A stretch of DNA of 64,000 nucleotides, taken from assembly GCF_018977255.1 (NCBI RefSeq), contig NW_024704743.1:74650001-74714000 (forward strand), read 5' to 3'. Below the pieces are notes generated by a model. That model was given only the letters and a program-made list of their open reading frames with translations. It searched no databases and was not told the origin of the DNA. Position 1 is the first letter of the stretch, and each line of letters begins with the position of its first letter. The stretch comes from Callorhinchus milii. Its lineage: Eukaryota. Below, piece by piece: positions 63,901 to 64,000 of the stretch. The translations under genes were made by a program, and so were the position numbers.

Positions 63901-64000
63901 TTACAGAGAACATCGAAATAGTCATTTTATTTATGTAAAATAAAATTTAATACTGGGAATCATCCTTGTTACTCTCCTCTGCACTGCCTCCAGGGCCTGG
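57966..64000 (+). repeat. Segmental duplication, copy 2 (contains XCR1-like copy B; runs off the window)
   Basis: Colinear with 42690-51296; identical ORF-track peptides at 49962/62668 and 50553/63259. Confidence 0.93.
60533..61624 (+). CDS. XCR1: XCR1-like chemokine receptor, copy B (363 aa)
   Basis: 7TM with VGNSLVLWIMLRYEKL, DRYFAVV and SRNLAYFHCCLNPVFYAFVGTNFRIHL; intact ORF; core near-identical to copy A. Confidence 0.85.
   Translation: MTTALPTEDYYNYDNYNYNYSYSDEDFVVLCENYDSNMFGATLTVTLYSLIFILSVVGNSLVLWIMLRYEKLKTITDIFIVNLAISDLLFAASLPFWAKDHVSGWVFGNAMCKLLSGVFFVGYYSGIMFLTLMTADRYFAVVHAVYAARSRKTCYAVTASLVVWAISLSASVPEFIYSTEITWDQTKFCMANYPEDSEHIWLLFGYYQQIILFFLIPLVVIVYCYYKIMNTVLRCKARKKYKAVKVILCIVVIFFLCWAPYNMVIFLVSLKQLNVSPFTTCEMSKHIDYAYFISRNLAYFHCCLNPVFYAFVGTNFRIHLNKLLRNLFPCMRTQNLWIYKVRSLNRSSSHEYSEAFVMNTSIL

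Noticed and set aside
1..64000. CRISPR array or prokaryotic operon
   Set aside because: No regularly spaced repeat-spacer structure; the sequence is vertebrate and repeat-rich.

Overview
Vertebrate genomic DNA, most likely from a cartilaginous fish. The repeat content (tRNA-headed SINEs with L2-like tails, Deu-type SINEs, L2 and CR1 LINEs) resembles what I recall for chimaera/elephant-shark genomes; this assignment is an inference. The window holds the last coding exon of beta-galactosidase (GLB1), followed on the same strand by a chemokine-receptor cluster. The cluster comprises a CCR4-like gene (13554-14606), two intact XCR1-like genes (A, 37613-38740; B, 60533-61624) and an internally deleted XCR1-like pseudogene (48734-49124); the pseudogene and B lie in the two copies of a segmental duplication. 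A young, 5'-truncated class I (gamma/epsilon-like) endogenous retrovirus lies on the minus strand (~52406-57792) with gag end, protease, a 2H-phosphoesterase-like insert, RT-RNaseH-IN, a deleted env and a 3' LTR. Main observations: (1) A and B share a ~750-bp near-identical core but have divergent ends, and the left edge of that tract coincides with the left breakpoint of the pseudogene deletion; (2) the ERV carries a 2H phosphoesterase-like domain; (3) the CCR4-like receptor lacks both cysteines of the N-terminus/ECL3 disulfide; (4) there are several template-switch scars and a SINE-split 28S rRNA fragment. All alignments and counts were done by eye.
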